DNA of 63,629 bases, filler included, from Reticulomyxa filosa (GCA_000512085.1; 18 parts of 18 records of this genome joined end to end with filler, not necessarily neighbours in it); one strand, 5' to 3'; positions 27,501-40,320 are shown, counted from the whole stretch's first letter. Made by a program: numbers and translations. The notes: a model not told the origin generated them from the letters alone.

Positions 27501-29476
27501 TTTGGTTATCAGTGAACAAAAATACAGTGGGCTTTTCATCGATCCCTGACTGCAACAGCACCTTTTTGACGTCCTCCCGCCACTCATTCTTCCCGTAATT
27601 TTTGGAGATTTCAATTTGGAACAAATGATAGCCACTCACGAACGCAGCAAGCCTGGTCAAAGATTGACGTCCGGAGCCACCTACGCCAAGCAGCAGAGCA
27701 TTCCCTTGGGGCAAGGATAGCACCCTCGTAATTCTGGAAATGTGTTCGAGCGCGTCGGCAAAGAGTACCAAATTCATCGGCAACGAGGATCCAATATCGT
27801 TGTTGTATTCGTCCAACAGCTCTTGCGCTGTCCGCTCCAACTTTTTCATATCCGTCACCTGTTGGTATTCGCGTTCTTCCGATGACGAGGATGACACTCC
27901 ATCGACAAAGTTGATGAACATTAACCTCACAGTGTCCTCCACAATCAAATCTTCCCACTTTTTGCTAAAGTGTTGCGTCATCTTCTCACTCAGCAGTTGA
28001 TCGAACCACGCTCTATCTTTGTCGTTTGTCAGTCGGTCTTGGAACACTCGACGATTCTCATGGACCCACAGGCGTATCATCGCCTCCATGTCTGGGATTT
28101 GTCTCGGCTTGCAAAACAGTAGTCCCTTTAAATATACATATATATACATATATATGTATATATGTATACGTATTTTGAAATGAACCAACCAAAAAAAAAA
28201 AAAAAAAATTTGAAAAGTTGTTTACAAAACTTGGTGGACATTGCTAAGGTCTCTTAAGTTGAAGGTGTAATGTGATTTGCTCGGCGTCGGCAATAAGGAG
28301 TCGCACACACTGAAATATACTTCGATAGTGGCCTTCACGATGGTGGCAATGGCGGCCTGAATGGACTCGTGGAAGTTCGCCATCTTGCAAGTGAGAATGG
28401 TATCGAAGATACTAAACAGACTCTCAAACGACAAATCAGTGTTTGCGATTTGGTTAAAGTGGCGCAGCAACCTCGGCGAAATGGAGTTACGTCCCCCTCC
28501 AGGGGGGCCCATAGCTCCGAGCACGACCATATCCACGACCTCGCAAAACGTATACGTCGGCAATCGTTTCCACCAGCCCACGTGATCCAGCCACTGGCGC
28601 AGGAACTCGATCGGCGGTTGGGCGCCAAAGATCTCCGGTTGCGGCATGTTCAAGTCATCGACGAATAAAAAGCAGCGCGTTCCCAAAGGCGGTCCATACA
28701 CACGCTGTCGTCGCTTCGTGTCCAAGCGTTCCTCGAGCACGCTCTGCAGTTGTCGAGCTGTGGTAGCGGCGCTAAAGACAACGGCCAAAGGTTGATATTT
28801 TTTGGTGTCGCAGCTGCGAAGATACTTATGCACGTTGACAGTCTTGCCGGTGCCGGTATTGCCTGTAAATAAAACATGAAAATCTTTTTTCACGAGCAAG
28901 TCCAGCCAATACGTATTGCGGACCAAGTCTTTGGTTGGCACGATCATCTCTGCAAACGCGGTGGTGGGCTCGAACGTGCGTACGTGCTGTTGCTGCATGT
29001 TCATCCAGGGTACCCACGTGCACGTCTTCAAGTCGAACATGCAGTCGTACACCGTTCCGGAGTCGGGCATGTTGCTAAAGCACTTTAGTCTTCGACACTC
29101 GCTATTTGCACGCAGGAATCGATCGAATTCATTGCGTCCTTTTTCGTTGGTCGTGGCACCGACCGACCATATCAGCGCAAACACAAATACGTTCGCGGCG
29201 TTGTCGATTATCGCAGCAATACGCTGTTCCAACGATTTGTCGTTGTCACTGTCATCATTACTACTATTGTTATCATTGCTGTGGTTGTCACTGCCGACGT
29301 CGTTGAGTGACACATTATTTTGCACCCATGGCAAAAGTAAGCAGTCGATGATCTTCATTAGACTACGTACCAAGTTGTTGTTGACACTGGGAACAGGCTC
29401 CGCGCAATTGGCTCGGACAAAGTGGATTGCAGGCTCCAACAATGCATCAAAGATCTGTGTAAAGAGTGTCTTCATC
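21557..29476 (-). CDS. DNAH1: Axonemal dynein heavy chain, inner-arm single-headed (DNAH1-like); 3' part from about AAA2 to the C-terminus, 11 exons
   Basis: AAA3 P-loop GNTGTGKT; AAA4 GVGGSGRQS; stalk/[18 protein letters not shown]; [17 protein letters not shown]; WVVLQNCHL; NYGGRVTD; C-terminus [34 protein letters not shown] (stop ends 21557). Ten frame-consistent GT-AG introns. The subfamily call is less certain than the family call. Confidence 0.93.
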
Positions 29477-29681
29477 NNNNNNNNNNNNNNNNNNNNNNNN
29501 NNNNNNNNNNNNNNNNNNNNTTAATTAATTAANNNNNNNNNNNNNNNNNNNNNNNNNNNNNNNNNNNNNNNNNNNNAGTTGCATGGTGCAAGATTAAATC
29601 AAACAAACAAACAAATAAAAATATATATACATACATAAATGTAAAGAGGCGTTTGTTTTGTTTCGTTTCAAATGCTAATAC

Positions 29682-31575
29682 TCAACTGCCACCATAAGCC
29701 TTTAAAAAGACGTTTTGAATTGAAACAATAGTATCCTTGCCAATGCACCATAGAAACTGATCACTTGTGGCTTTATTGATAATCATTACTCGCCAATTGG
29801 AGACGTAATTGGGATTACATCCTTTCTTCTCTTTCGTCACATTCTTTGGCTCAGAATGGGCGGTTTGTTTGTGTGTGGCACCACCACAAGGAACGATGCC
29901 CAAGCGCCTTGCTTCTTCTGTGAGTTCCAAATCTCCAGGAGTGGAATTATCCTCTTCAATGTATTCTGAAGTGATATTGCTTATATCATCGTTATCTATC
30001 TCCACCTTACAGTTATTCCTTCCACAGGCTTTGCTTGCTATCTCCCGAGTTTTTGAATTGAACTCTTTGTCAATGTTGTCGGGGACCCCCTTGATTGTCA
30101 CCGACGCGTACAGTTTAAATTTGAAATCTAACTCGTACACCCCAGGATATAAGTGAATTTCGTCATTTGGTAAATAGCTACGCAATGCTTCTTCTAACGA
30201 AGGCAAATACACTTTGAAATGGCCTTCTTCCTCACTTCTTTTTTTCCGATACGCTCTCTGATATACCGCGTCCAATTCTAAGCACATTTCCTTCGTCCAA
30301 GCGCGATTCACTTCGAAGATGACCTGTGGTTATCCGTATCACAGCACATTCTTTTTTTTTTTTACTTTATTTTGATCAGATCACTTTTTCGTATTACAGT
30401 CAAGAAATGGTCGAGAAACACTCGAGAGTTTTTACAATTTGCTCGATTGAAAAAAAAAAGTGTTTCTCACCCCCCCCCCCTTCCTTGATTTTTTTTTTTT
30501 TTAAAGATCTGTTAAAAATTGTATATTATGACAGCCAAAATCTGATTTCTCCTTTTTTTTTTTTTTTTTTTTTTTGAAAAAAATAGTATACGTTAGAATT
30601 AATGTTGCTAGCTTTGTGTATACATATTTGACTTAATAAAAAGTAACATAACTTTACCAACGCCTCGAGCACTTCTCCTCTGCAGCATAAGTGAATAATA
30701 TTTCATGGCGTAGCTGTACTCTTCTTCGAAAGCGCGCGCCTTGGTGAGCAGCCACACCGGGTCATGAATGGGGAATTCAGCTCCGCATGTGGGAAACGCA
30801 TTAGATTTTAGTTGGTTGTCAAGAGTATTGATCTCGTGACTCGACGCAATAAAAAAGTTGCTTCGAGGATAAAGTTTGTATTCGCCACCACGATGGAGAA
30901 TCTCTGTTTCGTCGTCGCGACTGTCACAATAGTACCGACCATTGACAATGTTCAGGTCGAAAGGGTGACAAGAGATTATGGTTTCTGATTGGTTGTTCTT
31001 TCGACAAGAAAAGCCTTCGTTGGTGTTTTCAGGACTTATTTCGCGAATCAGCGCGTCTCTCACAACGTCCACTTCTTTCTCACCAAACAATTGGAGTGGT
31101 GGCGACGAGCCCAAAAGCATGTGATCATTATCTTTCGACGAGTCTTGTTCAGAGCCGCCCAATGTCGAAGCTGATACAGAATGCAATGACCTTTTCTTCA
31201 TGTTGTGGATGCTGCTGCTGCTTCGTCTCCACCACAATGGCGCACAGACGTCGGCGCTGTTGTAATTGCATTCGACGAGCACTTGTCGACTCTTCTTCAA
31301 TCGCGGATACATTTTTTGGAGACATTCGATTTGAACCGCATATTGCTGCAATCTTTTTTTATGCTCTTGGACTTCTCGTGCATCCTCACTTGCAGACATT
31401 GGCTCTTCATATTCATGTACTCTTTGCTGTTCAAGAGCTCACTATTGAAATGTAACCATCGCAGCTCTGCGTTGTACTTTTTTTGCAGCACTTTCCAGTG
31501 ATGCTCGACACTTGACAGCCCCTCGTCAGTACATAACACCCATCTCAATGCTTTATATAGTGAATGCTTCTCCAT
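29682..31575 (-). CDS. Hypothetical protein with the start of a right-handed beta-helix (pectin-lyase-like fold), partial
   Basis: SLEEALRSYLPNDEIHLYPGVY...ASVTIKG resembles the typical beta-helix cap motif. The upstream exon is ORF 30608-31399, and there is an apparent 1-nt frameshift near 31432. Confidence 0.5.
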
Positions 31576-32048
31576 TTCTTTACTTTTTTTCCCACACATA
31601 AAAAGAGAAATTTTTTCCAAACATCTTAAGTGTAATAAGAAACAGGCCCTGACAACAAATAAAAACACCAAACTTCAAGAGACCACTATCGACACACACT
31701 TTTACAATACTTCTTAGAGATGTCAATAAAGCAAGCTTACCAATTAAGATATGTTTCTAGTTGATCCAAAATTGCATTATTTTGCTGGAGTTTTTTTCGA
31801 GTGAAGCCCCTCTTGTGTCTTCAACTAAACGCTCTGATTGTTGAAGTAAGATTTTTGTGTTAAAATATTTATTATCAAATTTACTTTGAATTTGCCGCCA
31901 ATAGTTAATATTTTTTTTTCCTCCTCTCTCCCCCTCCCCCTCGAAACGAGTATATTTTGTGGCTATGGACAGTGGAGGATATAGTTAGGAAGGAAAAAAA
32001 AAAAAAAAAAGGATTTTGAATGATTTAAAAGCGTAAATAATCGACACA

Positions 32049-32863
32049 ATGTCTGTCTCAGATAGTTTGGACAGCGGTTATAGAGAGACGTGTCGTCTCT
32101 TCAAAATCTTGTGTGATACAGTGCATGTAGCGCAAGATCTATTCGAAGCAGATGAAACAGAAAACGAGGAGCTATCTCGGAAACGAAAGCAACGTTCAAC
32201 AGCGATGATATCAAAAACACCACCTGACGATCTGTTGCTCATATGTGCAAAAATGGCAAAGTGGATTTACAATCCGGACGTTGTGTGTTTGCTTGACATG
32301 GAGACATTCTTTCAAGCAAATGTTTGCAAGACGGGTAAGCCAATCCCAACGTGCACAACCTACCGCGAACCCCTTTTTTCGTGTTTGTAACGAAATATGC
32401 TTTGTATGGACACATATAAAAGGTGGCAAGCAAGTGGCACAGTGGGCACTGTTGATCAACAAAACAACGCGAAAAGGATTTATAATATTTAAAGGGACAG
32501 ACGCCGATAAAGTCTTTGATATGATCGTCGACACCGGCATGGTGCCGATGCCATTGTGTTTTAAAGACTATTCCAATAGCAGCGACGAGTCTTTTCTTTC
32601 AGTTTTTTTTTTTTTTAACAAAAAAAAAAAAAAATCAGATGCAACACTACATATGCATATGCGTATTATTGTGTGTATATGAATATGCATATGCATGTTT
32701 GTCTGTTTGAGCAAAAACAAGGTAGGCAAAAAGAAAGCGCGAAAAACAGAGTGATAAGAGCGACAACGATGGCAGTGACGAAAAGAAGGCGAGCAGCGAC
32801 AAAGGTGATGAGAAGAATGACAATGACAATGACAATGACAATGACAATGACAATGACAATGAC
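32049..32863 (+). CDS. Class 3 lipase-like protein, 5' part
   Basis: LLICAKMAKWIYNP and AQWALLINKTTRKGFIIFKGTDADKVFDMIVD match the lipase_3 FRGT...D..D lid region. An intron GTAAGC..AAAAG lies at about 32335-32422. The catalytic GxSxG is not in the contig. Confidence 0.65.
32816..32863 (+). repeat. (AATGAC)n microsatellite, probably coding (Asn-Asp)n
   Basis: Perfect hexamer run, in frame with KGDEKNDNDND, at the contig break. Confidence 0.9.
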
Positions 32864-33030
32864 NNNNNNNNNNNNNNNNNNNNNNNNNNNNNNNNNNNNN
32901 NNNNNNNTTAATTAATTAANNNNNNNNNNNNNNNNNNNNNNNNNNNNNNNNNNNNNNNNNNNNTTTTTTTTTTTTTTTTTGGATGTAAAGGCATCATGTG
33001 ATTGGGGGGGGGGGGGACAAATCACAAAAG

Positions 33031-33402
33031 GGTAACTTTTTTTATGGAGTGGCCATTGGCCTGACCGTGTCCGTTGGAGCGACGGCAGTGTGGAATATTA
33101 GTGGAGGAGTATTCAATCCTGCTGTGGGCACCGCGCTCACTATCACCAATGTCATCAATGGAGGCTCTGCTCATAACATATGGCTTTATTGGTATGCTTT
33201 GCTTTGTCTCTGTGCTTGCATGAAAAAAATATGCAAAAAAAAAAATTTAGATGAGATTGAACAAGGGAGGGGGGGGGACGGGACGATTGTATACAACAGG
33301 GTTGCTCCATTGCTGGGAGGAACGTTGGGCGGTTTGTCATTTTATTTGATCAACACCAAAGAGCCTGAAAGGGCGTTGATCACATACGGAGAATCATACT
33401 AA
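33031..33402 (+). CDS. Aquaporin/MIP family protein, C-terminal half
   Basis: GNFFYGVAIGLTVSVGATAVWNISGGVFNPAVG..IWLYW|VAPLLGGTLGG covers TM5, the second NPA and TM6. Confidence 0.92.
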   Translation, partial: GNFFYGVAIGLTVSVGATAVWNISGGVFNPAVGTALTITNVINGGSAHNIWLYWYALLCLCACMKKICKKKNLDEIEQGRGGDGTIVYNRVAPLLGGTLGGLSFYLINTKEPERALITYGESY

Positions 33403-34593
33403 ATTATTATCATTCCTTTTTTTTTTCTTTTATTCATTAAGAATACACAAATTAATCGAGTAAAAAAAAAATGATCAATTTTTTTCTTTTGAAAAGATCA
33501 AAAATTTGCTGAATTTTATTTGATGCAAATTTTTTGTCGCTACGCTTCTTTACTTTCGCTGTTTGTGCTGGTCTAAGTTTTTCACAAATTGCATTGTTTT
33601 CAAGATAAATGTGACTTTTATTATCTATCTTTGACTTGTCTTGTCAATACTATTATTCAAAAAATTACATGAATTGACGCTTTATCTTTGGCATGTTGAA
33701 GCACAGACGCTATTTCAGAATGCAACATACAATCATTGCCATATCAAAAATGACAATGTTAAATGCATACACAGTAACTCGCATGTGTGTAATGTATATT
33801 TATGTACAATATCTTATCTGCAATCAAGTTGATTCTAGATCAACTTGACACGATCTTACAAAAGAAATTATATTCGTAGTTATGAAGCATTTTTATCATT
33901 ATTTAAAAATATATAAGAAGATTAGCTACATACTGTATTTTAATGCTGTTTATAAATATCTTCAGCATACAGTGCTAAGTCTATCATATGTTTTTTTTAT
34001 ACATAACAAAATATCAAATAAAAATTAACAAATTATGAAACTTGTGGAAAATTGCCTGATCTACAATTTCTGCGCTGTTAAAAATTATTTGTAATTTTTT
34101 GAAAGTGCATAGTCTGAAAATTCTTAGAGATGTGTGATGCATATGTAAATGGACAGTATTTTATTAGTTTTGGAAAAAGTGTCTTTCAAACTTGAGTTTG
34201 GTAAGCAATAACTAAACTCGGCGCTTTTGACCATGTAGCGCTTTTTGAGACAGGACAAAAGGTAATTGTGCGATTACAATTTAATGGAATAATTCTGGAG
34301 CAATTGGTCAAGTTAGGAATGTCAAACAAAAAGCAGAAATGCCACTTTTCCATTATTTCATTTCAAGGTTTGCATTAAGTACAATTGAGTGTATTCATGT
34401 ACTGATAAAACACATTTAGTTTGAATTGCTTAAAAAACTTATTCTTTGAAATGGCAAGCTACCTCTACAAACAATACAAATAATAATATCTCGTACAAAG
34501 TTTTTGCCAAACTTGTGAACTGTACGAGAAAGGGTTTCTTTAAAAAAAAAATCTCTGCCATCATCAATTACTGCCACCGCTTATTGATCTCTC

Positions 34594-35093
34594 ATGAAAA
34601 ATTTAGAAAATTTGGAGTTGATCTTGCTAAAGTGGAGTGGCAATGACAACGAAGGTAGAAGGTCTGCAGAGCAGTTGCTAGAAGAGGAAATGGCGAACAA
34701 CAGCGACTTATTTTTTGTGAGTCTGATAAAGTTGCTGCCACTATCAACGAACGAGACGGTGAAGAATCTGATCGTGGTACTAATTCGCAAGCGTCTAGCG
34801 ACGGACGACCAGCCTCCAGTATTCTGTTCATTGCAAGAGAGTTCGAAAGTTAGGTACATTTTGCAAAAAAAAAAAAAAAAAAAGCAAAAAAATTGTTTCA
34901 ATGAATCTTTCAATAAAATTTAACAAAAAGATGGGAACGGGGGGGGGGATAATTTTTTTTTAAAAAAAAAAAGGAGACAATTAAACATATCCTAATGGAA
35001 TGTGCAGAAAAAGGATCAAAACAAAAACTGCAAAATCAGCTTGTGGATTGTATTGTTGAATTGGCAATTCGGATATGTCCCTTTGGTAAATGA
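34594..35093 (+). CDS. Importin-beta family (IPO4/IPO5-like) N-terminal HEAT region, partial
   Basis: LELILLKWSGNDNEGRRSAEQLL...VKNLIVVLIRKRL...FCSLQESSK|RQLNISLMECAEK..LQNQLVDCIVELA follows the IBN_N pattern. Confidence 0.6.
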
Positions 35094-35290
35094 AAAAAAA
35101 AAAAAAAAAANNNNNNNNNNNNNNNNNNNNNNNNNNNNNNNNNNNNNNNNNNNNTTAATTAATTAANNNNNNNNNNNNNNNNNNNNNNNNNNNNNNNNNN
35201 NNNNNNNNNNGGTTCATAGTTTTTTTTAATGCCCTTTTTTTTATCCTTTTTTTTTTTTTTTTGTAAAAAATGTTATCACAACGAAAATAG

Positions 35291-36421
35291 GTCGACCAAA
35301 TACCGCAATGGCAAGTAGACCGTATCAATGGAGTCAATAACCCTAAAAAGCAGCAATCGAACGAAGGGAAAGGTTGGAATAATCCTCCTCGCCTTCAACA
35401 ATATGGACAACAATCGAACGAATACATAGATGAAGTCTGGGTGCCCACCCAATTTGTTAAACAAGTATATTTGAAGTCTGGAGTAAATCCAAACAAAATT
35501 CAAGTAATTGGAGAGGCTTTTCATCCAAAAATTTTCCATCCCAATGTCCAATGTAATTCTAAAATGTTCCATTTGTTGTCCAACACTACTAGCACACAAC
35601 CGTCCAGCAAACTGAAGAAAATACGGTTTTTATCCAACTTTAAATGGGAACCAAGAAAGGGATATGACGTCTTGCTGCGAGCCTTTGCGAATGTTCGAGA
35701 GAAAACAAGGATATGGCGTTTTTGTTTGTTTGTCATCACTTATTTTGTTGTTGTTGAAAAATAGGAGTTTTGGAATGACAGCAATGTAGAGCTTTATATT
35801 CATACATATTTATACACTTCAAACGCCCAAATGGCGAGAAACAAAGACGCAATTTGGCAAGAAGTCTTGAGAGAAATGGACAAAATATTACCATCGTTAG
35901 TTGATAATCAACAAAATAAGCAGCTTTTTTTGTCACGTATTCATGTGTTATCACAACAATACACTATGAATGAAATGGCCTCATTATATGCATGTATGGA
36001 TGCTTATGTGCAAGCTTCTCATGGAGAAGGCTTTGGTTTGCCAGTTCTTGAATCTATGGCCATTGGTGTGCCTGTCATTGTAACAAATTGGAGTGGATTA
36101 ACTGATCTAGTCACAGAGCATGGCCAATTCGGATTATTAATTAATATTACTGGGCTTGAGAAAGCAAAAAATACACCGGGGAAAGCAGATTTTGATGAGA
36201 GTTTTGATAAATGGGCTAGTATAGATGTAAAATCGCTACAAAAAAACATGCGATGGATTGTTGAAAACAATGACAATGGAAAAGCAAAAGCAATGGGCCT
36301 GAGAGGAAAAGATTTTGTATGGAAACACTTTCATCCACATAATATTTCTGCCAAAATTGTTCAACGAATGAAAGAAATGATTTTCATGCGTGACATGGTG
36401 CAAAGCTTTCAGTTGAATTAA
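35291..36421 (+). CDS. Glycosyltransferase family 4 (GT-B), 3' part
   Basis: DEVWVPTQFVK, FKWEPRKGYDVLLRAF, and DAYVQASHGEGFGLPVLESMAIGVPVIVTNWSG (E-x7-E motif). Confidence 0.93.
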
Positions 36422-37099
36422 GAAAATTTTCAATGTCTTCTTGGGAGAGGGAAAGAAAAATCAATCCAAGCAAGTCTTGTGTTGAGTGTGAAAAAGCTTT
36501 AAGTATGATTTAGAAGTAAACTAATGACGTTGATAATCTTCACTTTTCGGCTTCTTCTTTCATAGTTGTTTTTCAAAAAGTTGTTTTATTGAGAAAAAAA
36601 AGCTTACAATACTTTCATCAGCAATAATATAACCCAAAACTTGATTTATATTGTCAATATGCTAACAATTTCTTTCAACACATGAATTTTTGGTTTGCAA
36701 TGATGCGGATAAGATCTATTGTCTTTATTCTCAATCCACTTTTTCTGATCCTTCAAAAGCATACGTCTTGAAGAAAGACTTTATTTTTAAGTTAGTCCGA
36801 TCTTTGAATTTTAGAACTAATGTGATGTAACTTCAAGTGAAATCTATTGCAGAGTATTCATAGAAAAAAAAACAATCGGAAAGCAGTTCAAGAGAGCGCT
36901 TATACAATAAAAGGAGGGCGAACCCTCAAGACAGCCTGTACTGCCCATCAAAACAATAAAAAAAACCCGTAACTCAACCAAGACCAACTACTCAAGAAAA
37001 AAAAAAGAAAAACAGTATTTCTGAATCACCACGAACAAGGAGAAAGAGTTCCTCAATAGGAACTTTGTATGAAATCACTCACTATGAACCATTCGCTCA

Positions 37100-39623
37100 T
37101 TTAAAAGGTCTCCTGGTCGTTGTCTATATTTGTTTAGTTTATGAGCCACAAAAGTGAAATAAACATGTGATGGAGAAAAAATGAAAGTATACGGAAAGGG
37201 AAAAATAACTTTCAAAAACAATCTCAATCCGCACATCCGAACCATTAACAGGATGCTTCAAAAAAATAACACTTTTGCCGCTTCCATCATTGGACTGTGA
37301 AAAATCGTTCGACAGTCCACAAATAACAAAAGGTTGATGTTTCCATCGACAGGATAATCCACGCGGACAACCTGTCGAGGTGTTAAAATCCCAACAAGTT
37401 GCAAATTGATCATCGCATAAGTGCTTTTTCAACTCCTCCCAATCAAGATAAGACATCTGTGTTTATTTCATTTGGTATTTTGAATCGGTTTACAGATTGG
37501 CACCAACTCCAATAAAAAGTGAAGGTGTGTATTAATTGGAGGAAGTTGGGAGGTTACTTACCTGTTGAGACAAATTTGAAGTAATTTTGTTCTTCCAATA
37601 CATCGCCTTGTCACTGGAACTAAGAGACAAACAAAAGTTAAATGATTATAAAAAATGTATTTTTTGGATTGATCGATACAAAAAGCAAAAGTAAAAATAT
37701 AAAATGTAAACTTGTCAGATAATGTCGATGTGATTGAGGGTTGAGAAAGCGAGGGATCCTGGTGATTGTATTGGGAATTGCAAGCACTCGGATTTTCTTG
37801 AAGATAGCGTGACAGCAAGGAGATAGACACATATTGAGTGACTTGATCAAAGCCACATACTAAATAATGTCTCAACAGACAATGATTACCTCTCGAGCAG
37901 AAGAAACGTTGTTTGAACTCAAGACAGAGATCAACATCGTTAAAGGAATTGGGTTTGGGTAGGTATTGCCACTGACCAAAGCTCTTTTCAAAGAAATCCT
38001 TTAACACCTGACCAGTCATAGTGTATTCTGGTGGATCGCAATTGTTTTCCGTTTGTTTCAAGTCTGGACAATCATGAACAGCAAATGATGACAACCCATC
38101 ACAGGAACTCATGCAGGTGTTGACGCTGTTCACCGACTGCAAATTCGAGGGATCAGCAGCCAATGAATTGCAAAGTGCATTCAATATTGGCATTTGTGTG
38201 GCAACCATCGAATCCAAAGGATAGCCAATGAGACTATCCACATTCAGGTTCAACAACTTGGCCAAATCACAAAGTTCAGTGTTACCGGGAGACGCCAACT
38301 GGTTGGTCATCCAAAGTGTGTTTGAAAACGTCGGCAAGCCATTCATGCCATGAGCCGTTGTTGTCATTGTCTGTTGTTGTTGTTGTGAGTATCCATCCAT
38401 ACTCTCGCTTAGTGATCCGCATGCCGTTGTCGTCGTTGTAGTTGCTATCGTTGTCGTTTCATCCAAGCACGGAGTTTCCGTTTCCGTCTTTTGCGTCGAC
38501 TCAATCTCTTCGTCAATGTCTTTGTCTTTCTCGTAGTCATACCAACTATTGCTACTCTCGCCGCCCAATTCCGTGTTTAACCTCTCCGACAGGTTATACT
38601 GCTCATGTCTATCACAAACAATCATTTTTTCTTTTGTTGCAATCTTTGTGTGTATATATGTGTATGCACGTATGACGTGTTTGGAGGGTTTTTCTAAAAC
38701 AAAATAAAAATAAAAAACTCAACAAATCATCAAAATCATTCGTTGTGCTGTATTCACTTCCACTATGGCTATCTTCCATGTGTTTAATCTGCCATGTTTT
38801 TTGTTGGATGTAGGTTGATCTGGACCTGCTCCTTGCCGCGCTAGATGTATACGTTGCATACGATTGGACTTTATTGCCACTATTGTTGCCGTTACTATTA
38901 TCCAATTGCTTTCTTGGCATTTTGAGGTTGGCAGAATGACTGTAACCGCTATTGTTGCTGTTGCTTAAGTGCGGAAAATCTCGTCGGATAAATTCATTGA
39001 TTTGTCCACTTTTTGTTCGCTTTTCAAAAAATTCTTGCAAGCGCTGATCGCTCTTATTCCAAAGGTTTCCTTCCAACTTCAACTTTTCATTCAAATGAAT
39101 AAATGTACAATGACTGTTGAAACATTTCGATTTCTTTTCGAACACGCTTTTGCACCATCTGTATCACACAAACATTTAATTTCAGAGTTGTTAGTTTTTT
39201 TTTAAAATGAAAAAAAAAAAAAAACAATTATGATGTGTATACGTATGTAAAAATGTAATGATGTGTCATTTGTTCAATTATTGTTTTTTTTTTTAAATTT
39301 AACTTTGTCCATGCGATGTAGACAATCTCGTTTTTCGAATCGGTCGGATTATTGGCGAAGTACTTTTGGAGGTCTGCTAAAATCCTGTAGGACACGTCGA
39401 TGTCATAGAATCGAATATGACATATGGTCCCGTTTTTCTTCGTAAAGCTGTCTACGACATCGTGGGAATCACATAAATCCATGATGCGTGATTCCAAACT
39501 TACACTCACTATCAAATGTCTTTCGTCCAATATCCAGTCGTCGCTTCTTGGAACAACATGGCCGAGATTTGTGGGTGTGGTTAACGATTTGTTTTGTCTT
39601 TGTCGTGAACGAGTCGAAAACAT
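37100..39623 (-). CDS. Multi-CCCH zinc-finger protein (putative RNA-binding)
   Basis: Three fingers: CKSVFEKKSKCFNSHCTFIH, CLEFKQRFFCSRGNHCLLRH and CWDFNTSTGCPRGLSCRWKH, separated by low-complexity linkers. The 3' end is approximate. Confidence 0.75.
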
Positions 39624-39966
39624 TATATTTTTGATATCAGTGTCAGAGTTTTATTTAAAAAGAAATCAATTCACTGAAAAATTCCGGAACAACCAAAAAA
39701 ATACCACGGGGACCAGAAAAAAAGGTCGCTTTTATCCCGAAACAGCTGTCGTTAGTTTAATTTTTTAATATTTTGAAAAGCATATTTTTTGAGTCTTTAA
39801 CAAAACTGAAATTGAATATCTGTTTTGAAACAGAGACAAAAAATGAGACATAAGCTCAAAAGAAAAAATGAAAAATGGTACAACTGTGACACAAATAGAA
39901 TTGTCATAATCATTGTTTTTTGGCAAAAAATAAATAAACAACAACCAATAATATTTGTTATTAAAA

Positions 39967-40320
39967 ATGGAACTATTTGAATGAATGCATCAAGAACAGA
40001 CTTTTGACCAATGGTTACACGTAAAAGACGGAGAAAGTGCAGAAAAGGTTAACTCCTTGTTGAAAGCTTTTCCTTTCTGACGAATGTCTAGAAACAATTT
40101 TTGGGATTGTTCCCTGGTTTTCACTAATGATTTTACAATTGCTGCAAATATGGTGAGAGAATGTATTGCTCTAAAGTATCATGGTGTGCTATTGGACTGT
40201 CGACGTAACTATACTGATTTAATTGAAAATGAAGGAGTAAATAATGATTACTTAAAAGCAGTAAAAAAATTACAAGATTTATATGGATCCCAAATTCAAA
40301 TAAAAAAAAGGATAACGTAA
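39967..40320 (+). pseudogene. ORF interrupted by two in-frame TGA codons
   Basis: MELFE*MHQEQTFDQWLHVKDGESAEKVNSLLKAFPF*RMSRNNFW... is in frame with ORF 40084-40320. Confidence 0.45.

Noticed and set aside
32816-32863. (AATGAC)n at a contig end as a telomere
   Set aside because: It is in frame with an Asp/Asn-rich coding stretch; it is simply where the assembly broke.
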